Notes under the pieces: model-generated
Told to the model about the DNA's origin: nothing
The model's input: the letters and a program-made list of their open reading frames with translations, nothing else
Databases searched by the model: none
Shown here: positions 48,027 through 60,098 of the stretch, piece by piece
Position numbering within the stretch: position 1 is the stretch's first letter
How the letters are laid out: each line of letters starts with the position of its first letter
Translations under genes and position numbers: made by a program
Virus record (IMG/VR): IMGVR_UViG_3300005530_000025
Coordinates: 4,179 to 68,178 of that record
Direction: 5' to 3' (one strand)
Source of the DNA: a virus
Length of the DNA: 64,000 bases

Positions 48027-49266
48027 TTACTCCTCCTCCGTTCCCGCGGACACGAAGGCCTGCACGGCCCTGTCTGCCTCGCGGACGGTGGCATAGGCAC
48101 GGTTAGCAGACGGGTGCCGGACGCGGCTGTGCGTGCCTCCTGCGGCCAGGTAGAGGCCGCTGCCGGGACCACTCCAGGCCAGCTTCAGCGAGGTATCCGG
48201 CAGGGCCCACTCCTGCGCGCCGAATGCCAGCGGGGTGCGCTGCGCCCTCGCGGCCATCAGCGTGCCCCGAGGACCTGAAGGCCGGCCCGGGTGATCTCGT
48301 AGCCGTGCTCGCGGGAGCCGGCCGCCAGGCCCATCCGCAGCAGCTCGTCAGCGAGTGCCAGGGCGGGCTCGCTCAGCGGTCCGTGCGGGGAGGACATGAT
48401 CACCCGCAGCGTGACTGCCTGGACGTGGTTCAGCTCCGGCGCCAGGCGCGTCACCCGGATGAGCCTGTCCGGGTGCACCGTGATGCCCCAGGCGGCCTTA
48501 TAGGCGCGCTCGGATGTGTCGGCCGAGGCACTCAGCCAGGTCTCGCCTCTCGTCACCACGGGGTGGCTGTAGGGCTCAACCCGGGTGATGCGATGCACCT
48601 TGCCCAGGAACTCGTAGTCATCGCCCGGGCGCACCTCCGACCCGGGCACCTCGACAGTGATCACTTCAGGCATCGTCATCCTCCAGGGACAGCTCGTAGC
48701 GGAACTTCGAGAAGGTGTGCGTGCCGGGGCAGTCTGCGTGGCCGGCCGGGCCCGAGGTGTCGCAGCCCTTCAGCTCGGACTGCACCAGCGGGCAGTTATC
48801 GCCCCGGCGCGCCCAGGCGGTCAGCACGTAGTAGCGCTCCGGGTCAGGCTGCGTGCAGGACGAGGCCACGGTCAGGGCCTCCAGTCCGCCCTCCGCGGCG
48901 ATCGCGGCCAGGTACTCCTCACGGGTGATCGTCTCCCAGCGGCCGGGCCAGCCGGAGGCGTCAGTGACGCGGCCGGGTGCAGTGTCAGGCACCGGGGGCC
49001 TCCCTCGTGGCTGCGGCCAGGGCAGCGTCCATGCGGCGGCTGCCGGCCCGGAAGCGCTTGGCCTGGCCCTTGCAGTGGTCGCAGCAGTAGCGCGCCCTCA
49101 GCGGCAGCACGGAGCCGTGCAGCCTCCCGAGGAGCGCCAGGCGCCGCTGGTCCCCGCGGACCTGGTCCAGGTCGGTGAGGCAGTTGCCGCAGTGCCGCGG
49201 GCACGGGCAGCCGGCGGCGTGGTAGCCCACGGACGGGTCGTCGTACAGCCAGGCGGTCTCAGCCAT
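48027..49266 (-). CDS. Run of small hypothetical genes (48027-48257, 48257-48679, 48666-48992, 48985-49266)
   Basis: Coupled ORFs downstream of the PAPS reductase-like gene. Confidence 0.55.
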
Positions 49267-50083
49267 TCCAGTTCGCCGCCTGCACCGCGATGCCGGCGGC
49301 CGTGGCAGCCTGCGCCTTCGCGATGATCTGCCGCATCGAGCGGCCGTTCTGGAAGGTGTGGCCCATCCGCTCCTCCAGCTCGGCGCGGATCTGGGCGCCG
49401 CGGGGGTTGAGCTGGGCGGCGCGCACCAGGGCCTTCTCGCCAGCCAGAACGCAGAACATGCAGGACAGGCGCGGCATCCCCTCGTCGTAGATGTGGTGGT
49501 AGCGGATGCGGCTGACGCAGATGTCGTCCCACACCTCGCGCTCGGTCATCTCGTGGATGGGCAGCCAGGTGTCCACGTGGCGGCGGCCGTTGGTGGCCCG
49601 CTTGTCGTGGCTGAAGACCTTCAGCAGGGCCCGCTTCGGGCTCTCGGAGGCGCGCATGCCCATGCAGTTCAGGATGCGGACCGGGCGGGTCATGCCCAGG
49701 GCGCGGACCTCAGCGGACAGCATGGTCATCACGGTGGCGATCGGGTCGCGCTTCAGGTCCGAGGTGCAGTAGCGGTTCTTGGCGTCCGGCCACATCCCGC
49801 GGCGCTCGATGTGCTCCAGCAGGCCGACGGGCTCGCCCTTGCTCTCGCCCTTGCGGACCTTGATGAACCGCAGGCCGTAGTGCTCAGCGTGGTAGCGCGC
49901 GATCTCCTCGGTGCCGGGCCACTCATCGGCCTCGCCCAGGTCCGCGAACACGCACACGAGCCTGGAGCGCTCGACCCCGGCCGCGTCGGCCAGGCGCACG
50001 ACCCGGCGCAGCATGGTCTGGGAGTCCTTGCCCCCGGAGATGTTGCACAGAATCCGGTCGTACCAGGTGATCGGCTGGTCCAC
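49259..50083 (-). CDS. PAPS reductase-family (PP-loop) protein
   Basis: NISGGKDS, RYCTSDLKRDP, GMRASESPKRA, GMPRLSCMFC; GAGGAGG RBS. Confidence 0.85.
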   Translation of the reverse strand: MDQPITWYDRILCNISGGKDSQTMLRRVVRLADAAGVERSRLVCVFADLGEADEWPGTEEIARYHAEHYGLRFIKVRKGESKGEPVGLLEHIERRGMWPDAKNRYCTSDLKRDPIATVMTMLSAEVRALGMTRPVRILNCMGMRASESPKRALLKVFSHDKRATNGRRHVDTWLPIHEMTEREVWDDICVSRIRYHHIYDEGMPRLSCMFCVLAGEKALVRAAQLNPRGAQIRAELEERMGHTFQNGRSMRQIIAKAQAATAAGIAVQAANWNG

Positions 50084-50117
50084 GGTGCCTCCTCGTCGTC
50101 CGTCCCTTGCAGATTCC

Positions 50118-50221
50118 ACATTACAGGATTTCTTGCTATTGTTCAACCGGACGCACAGGCACGGGCAAGAGAGCGCGTCATGACGCACCGGCTTGCTCGT
50201 TAGCAAGAAAACTCGTAACCT
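50118..50221. promoter_or_regulatory. Divergent pair of repeated promoters
   Basis: Minus: TTGAAC-AATAGCAAGAAATCCTG-TAATGT (50118-50146); plus: TTGCTC-GTTAGCAAGAAAACTCG-TAACCT (50193-50221). Confidence 0.75.
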
Positions 50222-50242
50222 AGACGTGACGCGAGGAGACGC

Positions 50243-50908
50243 ATGGACGAGAGCACCGAGCAGGCCATCGCGACGGTCGTGGCGAGCGGGAACAGCGACA
50301 GCGAGTCCATCCGGCTGGCCCTGCTGGCCCGCGGTCACATCGTCAGGCACGAGGCACTGTGCGCCATGCTGCTCACGATGGGCGAGCAGCACCACCTGAT
50401 CTGGTGGCACCTGGGAGCCTGGGTGCCGGCGAACGAGCCGTCAGGCACGGCCCAGAAGCTGGACGAGACCATCTCCGGCCTGCTGGAGCACGCGGCCCCG
50501 GCGCTGCTGACCGCGCACCAGGTGCAGCAGATCCTGACGGCCCGCGGCGAGCGGCAGAGCATCAGCGCCATCACCATGTCCGCCAGCCGGCTGGCTCACG
50601 AGGGCAGGGCCACCGCGGGGTCAGCCGGGCTGCGTGGTCACCTGGCCTGGGGATGGCGCGGCGAGACCAGCTCCGAGAAGGGCTGCCGGAAGATCCTGGA
50701 GATCATGGCGCCCCTGAAGACCGGGGCCAGCGGCCGGGACCTGCGGAATCAGCTACAGCAGGACGGCATGAACGTGACCCGCGAGACCGTGCAGTGCTGG
50801 CTGAGCACGCTGATCCGGGAGAAGGCCCTGGAGGCCGCTAAGTACGGCTACGTCATCACCGACGCCGGCCGGATCCGGATCGGGCTGGACCCGGAGGGCA
50901 CATCATGA
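50243..50908 (+). CDS. Tandem winged-HTH DNA-binding protein
   Basis: Repeated wHTH-like units, ending YVITDAGR. Confidence 0.6.
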   Translation: MDESTEQAIATVVASGNSDSESIRLALLARGHIVRHEALCAMLLTMGEQHHLIWWHLGAWVPANEPSGTAQKLDETISGLLEHAAPALLTAHQVQQILTARGERQSISAITMSASRLAHEGRATAGSAGLRGHLAWGWRGETSSEKGCRKILEIMAPLKTGASGRDLRNQLQQDGMNVTRETVQCWLSTLIREKALEAAKYGYVITDAGRIRIGLDPEGTS

Positions 50909-52684
50909 TGACCATCATCATGATCATGATCGCCTGCGGCTCGTTCCTGATCATGGCCGGCATCCGGATCTGGGTGCAGGGACGCGCCGGGGTGCGGGCC
51001 GGCCCGTTCCTCAGCAAGCGGTCCGCGCAGCGCTACGCCAGCCGGCGGGGCCCGGCCGCGATCGATCCGGCCACAGGGCCAGGAACGAGAGTGACCAGGT
51101 GAGCGCAGCTGAGATAGCCGAGGTGGCCGCGGTCGCAGTCGCGTCATACGTGGCCGGCCAGTGGCTGCCCCGGCCGCGCGTTCGGAGGCGGGGCCTGAGG
51201 GCGAGGCCGCTGAGACTGAACTGCAAGGGCTGCGGCCATCACCGGTCCTACCACGTGAGGGGCACGGGACCCTGCAACTACACGGCCTCGGGCCCGGGCC
51301 CGTGCAGCTGCCTGGCCTACGCCGGGCCCGTGCCGCTGGACGTGCCCGAGTACTACGACCCGAGGGAGATAACCGGAGGGTGACCCCTCTCGCGAGCGGT
51401 CCCCCCGGCCGGCGCAGGACGACACCAGATGCAGGTCAGGCAGAGGGTGCCCTAAACGGAGGATGATCTTGAAAGGCCGCCCCTGAGACAGGGGGTCAGG
51501 CGCGTTAGACGGCAGTCGCGAGCTGACATGAGGGAAGGAAACGGGCAAATGGGACAGAATCTCGGTCCAGGAGATCAGGAGCAGGGCCCGGCAGCACCGG
51601 GAGCCCGGCAGAAGATGATCCGTGACCTGGTTCCCGGCGACCGGGTGCACCTGTACGGCGCAGTGGTCCAGGTCACCGCGCCCTGGTACCCGGAGGCGAG
51701 GGCTGTTCCGGGGTGGGGCAGGCTGCCCGTGATCTGGGACGGCGAGCGGTGCGCCCCGCCGGAGGAGGGCGCGCGCCTGGCTGAGGTAGACCACGACCCT
51801 GAGCGGTGCACTGACGGCAAGTGCCCGGCCTGCCTGGAGCTGGCGGGGTACGGGCCTGAGAGCGCAGCAGGGGCGAGCACCGTATCAGGCTGGTACCAGT
51901 GGCTGCGCACCCTGGAGGGGACCCGGCAGCGCATCGACCAGCAGCTGTCGGTCACCATCAGCGCCGCGCAGGCCGCCATTGCCGCGCTGGAGCGGGAGCT
52001 GGTCCGCCGCCAGGTAGACGATGAGCTGCACCGCATGCAGGAATCCTGGTCGGCCGCCCGGGAGCGCGGCGGGCAGCCCGCGAGGAACCGGTGGGAGTTC
52101 ATGGGGCTCACTGCGGATGAGCACGGGGCCTGGAAGGCCACCGGGGCCGTCCCGGATCGCCTGGTCCATGCGGCTCACCGCAGGGCTATCGAGGCGGACC
52201 ACGTCCGGCACGACTACCGGGCGATGGCCACGACCGCCTACCCGGGCTGCGATGAGTGCTCAGCCGGGCGGGAGAGAGCGCGGTCATGAGCGAGCACGAG
52301 CCGGAGCCCCGGGTCACCCCGGAGGGCTTCATCACCCTCAGCAGCCAGCCACCGCGGTACCGCAGCCGGATCTGGTGGCCGCTGCTGATGATCGAGGTGG
52401 CCATCGGACGGGGGCGCAGGCGTGCAGCGCAGCGCCGGCACCCGGAGGACTTCGCGCTCCCGGCGGTCGTGCTGGCGACTGATGAGACGCAGATGATGAT
52501 CAGCTCACCGGAGGCACTGGAGGCCGTGCGGGGAATCCTGGCCGCCGGCCGGAGGGGCATGCCGGCGCTGAGCCCGGGGGATTCCCTGGCCATCGACGGC
52601 GGGCGGATCACCCACGTCATCCTGCGGCAGGAGCTGGACGACATGTGGGGCGGGGCTCACCCGCCGCGGAAGGACCCGGAATGA
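50905..52684 (+). CDS. Run of small hypothetical genes (50905-51102, 51099-51383, 51528-52289, 52286-52684)
   Basis: Coupled + strand ORFs, two with TM segments. Confidence 0.55.
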
Positions 52685-53226
52685 GCAGCATCGACGAGAC
52701 CTTCAGGCAGGCCCCGGGGAAGTACCCGGACGTGCCCCGGGCTGAGGCACGGCACCCGGTGAGCTACCGCCAGCCGGAGATCATGGCCATCACCAGCTTC
52801 AGCGGCGACCTGCGCTTCCTGAGCAACTTCCACCACTGCCCGGAGGGAGTCGAGGGGCCCGAGGATCACCTGATCTACGCCACGTCTGAGCACGCATTCC
52901 AGGCTGCCAAGAGCAACGACCTGCGGGACCGCATGAGCATCCAGGGACTGCCAGGGCCGGGCACGGCCAAGCGGGCCGGCCAGCTCCTGACCCTGCGTGA
53001 GGACTGGGAGGACGTGAAGCGGCGGCTGATGCTGGAGATCGTCCTGAGCAAGTTCTGGCGCGATGAGGACCTGGCCCGGCGGCTGTGCGCCACCGGCACG
53101 CGCGAGCTGGTCGAGGGCAATTCCTGGGGTGACACCGAGTGGGGCATGGTGGCACGGGACGGGGCCTGGCACGGCCGCAACATCCTGGGCCGGATCCTGA
53201 TGGCCGTGCGGATGGTGATCGCATGA
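52681..53226 (+). CDS. NADAR family protein (YbiA-like)
   Basis: FLSNFH..YATSEHAFQAAK..LREDWEDVK..KF..L.ATG.RELVEGNSWGDTEWG..GRNILGRILMAVR. Confidence 0.9.
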   Translation: MSSIDETFRQAPGKYPDVPRAEARHPVSYRQPEIMAITSFSGDLRFLSNFHHCPEGVEGPEDHLIYATSEHAFQAAKSNDLRDRMSIQGLPGPGTAKRAGQLLTLREDWEDVKRRLMLEIVLSKFWRDEDLARRLCATGTRELVEGNSWGDTEWGMVARDGAWHGRNILGRILMAVRMVIA

Positions 53227-56079
53227 GCGACCAGGCAGGGGACTACTGCGTACCCCGGGCCGAGCGCGCCCGGCTGGCTGCGCCTGAAGTCAGCGACACG
53301 CGCCTGGACCAGCTGGCCGCTGAGCTGCTCAGCATGGTCCGCCAGCCCGCACTCGCTCGCGGCCAGGAGATCACCCGGGAGCGCTGGGAGACCATGATCC
53401 TCGGCAAGCTGGCCGAGATCTTCCGGCTCGGGATGGACGCGCAGGCAGAGAAGGACCAGGCGCCGTGAGAGTCATCAGCGGGAAGCACAAGGGCGCCACG
53501 GCGCGGCTGCACCAGTTCGCCAACGACTGGATCACCGGGGATATCGGACCTGAGCAGTCGGTCATCTTCAAGCCGCACCAGGTAGAGCTGGATGATGACG
53601 AGTACCAGCGCATGTACGAGAGCTACCTCCGGTTCTGCCAGGACGGCCGGGCTGCCGGCCAGTTCTGGAAGCACTGGGAGCTGCGCTCCGGCGGGCGGCT
53701 GGTGCCGAGACCCGGGCGGACGGGATGACATTCGAGCTGACGGCCGACGAGCAGCGGCTGGCGCAGCGCAGGCGGGCCCGGCGCATCATGCTGGTGCTGC
53801 TGGCTGCGCCGCGCTCGCTGAGCGACTTCGAGGTCATCCGGGCAGCCGACATGATCGGCTCGGCCTGGGACGTGCTCACCCGCATGACCGAGCTGAATCT
53901 CACCGAGAAGAACCGGGGCCGGGACAGGCGCATGTTCTACCGGCTGACCCCGCGCGGCAGGCGCGTCTGCCTGGCCGCGTGCCACCTGGACAGCTAAGCC
54001 GATCAGCAGGGAGCGCAGGACATGAAAACGATCATCACCGGCATCGTGGCGGTGCTGGTCATCGGGTACACGGGCTGGATCAACTACGGCACGCACCGCA
54101 CGATGACCTTCACCGTGGCCTCGAAGGACGACCAGTCCACCGGCAGCGGTCACCAGTACATGATCTTCACCACCCGGCACCAGGCGCTGAAGGACACCGA
54201 CAGCTTCTGGAACGGCAAGCACGACAGCAGCCAGGTCTGGCAGGACCTGGAGGTCGGGAGCACCTACCGCTGCCCGGTGGCCGGCGTACGGCGCGAGTGG
54301 GCGTGGACCGCCTACCCCGACATCCTGGACGGGTGCAAGATCATCGCGTTCCGCCCGAAGGCGAGCCGGTGACGCCCTGGGATCCCGAGCGCGGCCTGCA
54401 TCCTGAGCGGGCGCGTGAGCGCCGCCAGGGCTTCCTGGAGGCCCGGCTGGCATCATCGGCCGGCACGTGGCTGCGGGACGCGCGCAGGACCGCTCAGGCC
54501 CGCGGGATGCGGGCCACCGGGCTCAGCCTGACCTCGGCCGCGTTCGCGATCCTGGCCATGCTCAGCTGGGTGCTGGCCGGGCCCTGGCACCTGCCGCTGG
54601 CCCAGTCGGGCTCCCTCGCTCTCCTGTGCGGAATCTACGGGGCGTGCGCGATCATCGCCTGGTGCCTGCACCTGCACTTCAACATGCCCAGGCAGCGGAG
54701 GCGCCGTCGTGGACGTTAAGTGGAGGAACAGCACGCCCCTCATCAGGTTCACCGTGGGCGTGAAGCTGATCACGGGGGAGGAGATCGTCAGCAGGACGCT
54801 CTACGAGGACGCCCCAGAGCGGGCCATGAACCTGCTGAAGCGGACAGCCGAGGAACGCGGCGGCCCCCTGGACGGGTACGCGCCGACTACGCACACGATG
54901 CTCATGACGGAGGACGACCAGATCGTCTGCATCGAGCGGAGCAAGATCCTCTACATGTTCACGAGGCCGGCGTGAACCAGCACGAGGCTGAGACCGTGAC
55001 CCGCCGGGTGCTCGGCATCCACCTGCCCGGGGGATGGGAGCCGGTGTGGTGCCCGGCCGGGGACGGCTGGTGGCACGCCTGCCGGGACAGGGCTGGCACG
55101 GACCCGCGCCACGACAAGCTGGCGCGCCAGGCGGCACGCCGGATGGCACGCGCCAGGGCAGCTGGCGCGCCGCCTGAGGAGGGGCTCATCATCGGGCCGG
55201 TCCTGGGCGTCACGCCCATGTCCGAGGGAGAGGGAGCGCAGCTAGACCGGCTGGCACGGGGCGAGAGCGTGCCGGAGCACCCGTCGGCGTGCGCCAGCCA
55301 GCCGGCGTGCGGCCACGCCCAGGTCTGGCACAGGCATGCCGGGCGCGCCAGGCCGTGCGAGGTACCCGGGTGCACGTGCCTGGACTACGTGAGCCAGGCC
55401 GTGCCAGTGCGAAGCTAGTAGCGCGTTACAGCTTTTCTTGCTAAGGTATCCCTATGCCTGCTGACACCGCGCTAAGCCAGCCCTACCGGGGCCGCGTTAT
55501 GCCCGCAACGGACCTGAATCCCGGCCAGCACATCCTGGTCAACGGCACGTACCTGGGTGATGCTGACGGGTTCATGGTGCACGAGCAGGTCCGGGTCGCC
55601 ATCCTGAGGGGGCCCGAGGCCTGCACCGAGCCCGGCGGCCCGCTGGAGGGCGCCCCGCGCATCCGCTTCTGGTGCCAGCGCGAGGACACCGGCCGGGAAG
55701 GCTGGATGCTGTACGGCCCGGGCGGTGCAGTGCGGCTGGATGAGCGCGCATGAGCCGCCGCGTCATCCTGCCGGGAGCCCATGACCAGGAGCTGCTGGAC
55801 GGCCTGCTGCGGCTGCTGCTGTCCCCGGTCCTGCCGGGGGCGCCGGCGAACGCCACTGCGGCGGACATCGACGAGTACCTGGCCGGCGAGCCGCACCAGT
55901 GCGCCCTGTGCGGCGCCACGGCGCGCGAGGTCTTCGCGGCCGGAGCCAGCTCGCTGATGCCCCGGGCCTGCTGGCTGGACACCTGCCAGCGCTGCGGGTC
56001 GCGGGTGCGCCGGCTGTTCGCCTACTGGCCGGGTGACGAGACAGTGATCGCCCGGGCCCGGAAGCTGGGCCTGCTGTGA
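53223..56079 (+). CDS. Run of small hypothetical genes (53223-53468, 53465-53728, 53725-53997 HTH-like, 54022-54372 exported, 54369-54719 membrane, 54709-54975, 54972-55418, 55454-55753, 55750-56079)
   Basis: Near-continuous translational coupling. Confidence 0.55.
55419..55447 (+). promoter_or_regulatory. Repeated promoter/operator (reversed spacer)
   Basis: TAGCGC-GTTACAGCTTTTCTTGC-TAAGGT; ATG 6 nt later. Confidence 0.6.
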
Positions 56080-56093
56080 GAGAGCGAGGCGGC

Positions 56094-57236
56094 ATGTGGG
56101 ACGTGGTAGACCTGTTCAGCGGCGCCGGGGGCATGAGCTACGGCTTCCATGCCCATCCGGACTTCCGGGTGGTCGGCGCGGCAGACGCCCAGATCGGCAA
56201 GCCCAGCTCGGGCGAGGGCGGACTGGGCTGCAATGTCAGCTACGAGCTGAATATGGGCGTGCGCCCGGTCGAGGCCAACCTAGGCACCGCCGACCCGGCC
56301 GAGGTAGTCGAGGCCATGCACCTGCCCGGCAGGGTGACCGTGCTGGCGGCCTGCCCACCGTGCACCGGATTCACCCGCACGGTCCCGGGCAATCACCTGC
56401 GCGATGACCGGCGCAACACGCTGGTCGGCCGGGTTGCGGACTATGCCCGCATCCTGGAGCCCGAGATCATCATGCTGGAGAACGCCCGCGAGCTGTTCCG
56501 GGGAAACTTCTCCGGCCACCTGAACGACCTGACCGCCCGCCTGGCCGGCCTGGGCTACTGGTCGCGCTCGGCCGCGATCATGCTGAGCCGGCACGGCCTG
56601 CCGCAGCGCCGCGAGCGGACCATCATGATCGCCGTCCGGGATAACGGGGAGGGACCGCCGCCGGCCGGGCTGAAGCAGCTCTGGGACGGGCTGACGATTG
56701 ACGCCGGGGCGGTGACCGTGCGGCGCGCCCTGAGCAGCCTGCGGGACCTGGCGGGTGATCCCCTGGACGTGGCCCCGGCTATGACGCCGGAGGTGACTAA
56801 GCGCCTGGCCGCGGTGCCGCATGACGGCGGCAGCTGGGCCAGCCTGCCCGCTGACCTGATGACCCCCCGGATGCGGCGCCAGGCCGCGCTCCTGCGCTGG
56901 GGCAGCCACCCCGACATCTACGGCCGCATGTGGTGGGACCGGCCCGCGCCCACCATCAAGCGCGAGTGCAGCCACGTCGGCAACGGCCGCTACGCCCACC
57001 CCGAGCAGGACCGGCTGTGCACGGTGCGCGAGATGGCCGTGCTCAACGGCTTCCCGCGGGACTACCAGCTCGCGGGCTCCGTGTCGAACATGTACCGGCA
57101 CATCGGGGACGCGGTACCGCCTCTGATCAGCTACCAGCTGGCGGCTGCCTGCCGGTGGATGCTGACGAGCGAGCGGCCGGGAGCGAAGGACCTGATCCTG
57201 CCCGGATGCCACCTGGAGCCGGCTGACATCCTGTAG
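56094..57236 (+). CDS. DNA (cytosine-5) methyltransferase, orphan
   Basis: DLFSGAGG motif I, CPPCTGF catalytic PC, MLENA, PQRRER, HPEQDR.CTVRE, YRHIGDAVPP. Confidence 0.92.
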   Translation: MWDVVDLFSGAGGMSYGFHAHPDFRVVGAADAQIGKPSSGEGGLGCNVSYELNMGVRPVEANLGTADPAEVVEAMHLPGRVTVLAACPPCTGFTRTVPGNHLRDDRRNTLVGRVADYARILEPEIIMLENARELFRGNFSGHLNDLTARLAGLGYWSRSAAIMLSRHGLPQRRERTIMIAVRDNGEGPPPAGLKQLWDGLTIDAGAVTVRRALSSLRDLAGDPLDVAPAMTPEVTKRLAAVPHDGGSWASLPADLMTPRMRRQAALLRWGSHPDIYGRMWWDRPAPTIKRECSHVGNGRYAHPEQDRLCTVREMAVLNGFPRDYQLAGSVSNMYRHIGDAVPPLISYQLAAACRWMLTSERPGAKDLILPGCHLEPADIL

Positions 57237-57265
57237 TTGCTCATTACAGCTTTCCTTGCTAAGAT
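57237..57265 (+). promoter_or_regulatory. Repeated promoter/operator (reversed spacer)
   Basis: TTGCTC-ATTACAGCTTTCCTTGC-TAAGAT. Confidence 0.75.
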
Positions 57266-57301
57266 AGGTCTTGCAAGGGAGCGACGACGAGGAGGACGGA
57301 C

Positions 57302-57469
57302 ATGGACCACCGCCAGCTGGTTACCGGAGACGAGAAGGACTACCTGGACAGCAAGAGCAAGGGCTACTTCGCCCACCGCGCCGGCGTTCGCCGCCAGGTC
57401 CGCCGGACCCTGAACCGCCGGGTCCGCCACGGCGTCCGCGCCGCCATCCGCGCCGGCCGGGAGGTCTGA
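57302..57469 (+). CDS. 55-aa Arg-rich protein (absent from ORF track)
   Basis: GAGGAGG RBS; MDHRQLVTGDEKDYLDSKSKGYFAHRAGVRRQVRRTLNRRVR. Confidence 0.65.
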   Translation: MDHRQLVTGDEKDYLDSKSKGYFAHRAGVRRQVRRTLNRRVRHGVRAAIRAGREV

Positions 57470-57472
57470 GCC

Positions 57473-59709
57473 GTGTTCGGGAGCAACCACCGCCAGGCAG
57501 TCCGCGTGAAGTACCCCTCCGGCCGGGTCGAGCGCCATGTCATCGAGCTGCTCCCCTACCACGTGAACGGCTGGGTGCGCACTCGCTGCCTGAATCACGG
57601 CCGCCAGCAGCCAGATGCCCTGAGCGCCGACACTGAGCAGGGCCGCGACAAGACCGCCCGCGCTGCCGCCGTGGACTGCGGCCGGATCATGCAGCTCCCC
57701 TTCGGCCACACCATCGTCCGCGAGCTGGAGCCCATGCTCCGCGAGCAGGACGGCCAGTGGGTCCCCGCCGGGCAGGCCTCGTGACGGGCGCACTGCACAT
57801 CATCCGCCCGCAGCTGGTGCGCGAGTACGAGCGGCGGCTGAACGCCAGCCGGCTCCAGGCGCTGGAGGACTTCGGCGCCGAGCCGCTGGAGGCCCTGGAG
57901 CACCATCGCGAGCAGCTGGGCGTGCCCTGGGACAGATTCGGCACGCTGACGCCGGGCGGCCGGGCCTACGTGCGCGGCACCCAGCTCGCCCTGGATGAGC
58001 TGATCGAGGCAGCGAGGATGGAGGAGGCAAGCAGTGGCTGACGACATCAGGGGCGGCCTGGAGGTCGCCCGCCAGCCGGGCCAGCATGGATGGTCGGTCA
58101 TCCATGTCCAGAGCGGCCTGCGCATCGAGCAGCCCCTGCGGCTCCAGCGCCAGGCCCGCGCCGTCCGGGCATCCCTGCTGGCCACTGGCATCGACTTCAG
58201 CCGCCCCAGGACAACCCTGCGCCAGGCTGCCGCCCGGCGGGCCATCAAGGCCGCGTTCCGGGATGCGGCGAGCAAGTTCCCGATCGACCGATGAGGAGCA
58301 CAGGCATGCCCGCTACTGACAAGACCAACAGGCAGATCACTATCGAGATGATCGCGGAGGTCTACCAGATCACCCTGACTGACCGGATGCGCTTCCTGCT
58401 GGACACGTCCCCGGACCTGCTGGACCCCCTGGACGTGCAGCGGAGGTACCTCCTGCGGATGGCCCTGGTGCGCATCAGCTGCCCGGCCTGCAAGGGCATC
58501 ATCTGCCAGGTCTCAGCCCAGACCGGGGAGTACGACACCGAGGGCTGCAAGCACGTCAGCGATGACTCCTATGCGTGCCCGTTCTGCCATGCTGGCCTGA
58601 CCTGGGTCCTGGACGCCCTGACCGGCCAGCAGTTCTTCGACATCCGCGACCTGAGCACCTACCGCGACCCCTCGGCCGCCAGGTCCTGACCCTGGCGGGC
58701 GGCAGCTTCCCGGAGGCTGCCGCCCGCCCTGTCCTGCCCCGGGAGGGGACATGCCACACCAGCCCGCTCAGACGCGGCGGTATCTCCAGGTGAGCCGCAA
58801 GGCCGGCGAGCACCAGTGGGAGTTCCTGGAGATCACCGACAGAGCCGACGGCACGGAGCACACCGAGATCATCCTGGCCGTGCCGCTCAACACCCAGGGC
58901 ACCGTCCGGATGGACTTCCTGGATGTGCTGGGGCGCGTCTACCAGGCCGGCCGCGAGGACCGCGCCCTGGACATCCCGCCCGAGGAGTCCAGCGTCCCTG
59001 AGGGGCTCCGCAAGACGATGATCCGGCCGGGCACCGAGGCATACCTCGGCGGCCTGGATGAGGCCATACGGATGCACCCGGCGCTCCAGGAGCCCGGAGC
59101 AGAGGAGTTCTTCGGGGCTCCGGACTGGGGCCTCCAGCATGCGCACCAGGCGCCCTGCGGCAAGCGCTTCAGCCACCTGCACGACGGCGGCGCGGAACCG
59201 CACGAGCACGAGCACGAAGCGGGGTGCGACCGGTGCCCGCCGGAAGGGCCGCGGGCCGAGTATGCCGGCGGCAGCAATGCTGTCCTGGACCGGTACCCGA
59301 GTCAGCCCGTGGTCACGGAGAATCATCACCTGCACTTCCAGCCTGACCAGAGCCTGATCTTCGTGCACGACCACCCCGACGGCGGCACGCCGCACGCGCA
59401 CCCCTGGCCGGCGTCATGAGCACCCGGGTGATCGAGAGCAGCAACGGCACGCCCCTGAGGCTGCGCGTCCGCGGCGGCCAGCTGACGGACCTGGAGTTCA
59501 CCGGGGAGCCCGGCCGCACCCGGATCCAGGCCGAGCTGGAGGGCGATGACGAGGCCCTGGCGGCTGTCCGGGTGGCCGCGCAGGCCGATACCTGGACCCT
59601 GCTGCTGCCGCACGGCAGGGATCCGCTCAGGGTCGTGATCAGGGTGCCGGAGGGCACCCTGATCGAGGCCGAGACCGAGATGGCCATCACCGGCCGGGTT
59701 GCACATTAG
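57473..59709 (+). CDS. Run of hypothetical genes (57473-57784, 57781-58041, 58034-58294, 58306-58689 Zn ribbon, 58751-59419 His-rich, 59416-59709)
   Basis: Coupled ORFs with RBSs. Confidence 0.55.
58694..58729 (+). terminator. Long GC hairpin, putative terminator
   Basis: GGCGGGCGGCAGC/GCTGCCGCCCGCC right after a stop codon. Confidence 0.55.
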
Positions 59710-59727
59710 CAAGAAACCCTGTAATGT
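59699..59727 (+). promoter_or_regulatory. Repeated promoter/operator
   Basis: TTGCAC-ATTAGCAAGAAACCCTG-TAATGT. Confidence 0.8.
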
Positions 59728-59764
59728 TGGTCTTGCAAGGGACGACGACACAGGGAGGCACCCG

Positions 59765-60097
59765 ATGGCAGCTCCGATCCTGGACACCAGCAAGGACGCA
59801 TGGCGCGAGTGCGACCCCCGCATCGTTCTCGCCCAGGTCGGGCGGATGAATGTCCTGGCCATCTCGGGCGGGCGCGCCATGCCTCACAAGGACGGCGGCG
59901 TCACCCTCCCGGTCGGCAGCGGCTACAAGGTCACCATCGACCTGGCTGCCGACGACACCTACACGGTGCGCCGGATTCACGTCCGCGCCGGAGTGACCCG
60001 CCTGCACGGCGAGATGACCGGTGTCTACGCCGAGGACCTGGGCGAGGTCGCCTACCGCGCCTCGTGCTTCCGCAGCTATCCCTTCCCGGCGGCCTGA
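59765..60097 (+). CDS. Hypothetical protein
   Basis: GGGAGG RBS; ILAQVG.MNVLAISGG-type phage protein. Confidence 0.65.
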   Translation: MAAPILDTSKDAWRECDPRIVLAQVGRMNVLAISGGRAMPHKDGGVTLPVGSGYKVTIDLAADDTYTVRRIHVRAGVTRLHGEMTGVYAEDLGEVAYRASCFRSYPFPAA

Positions 60098-60098
60098 G

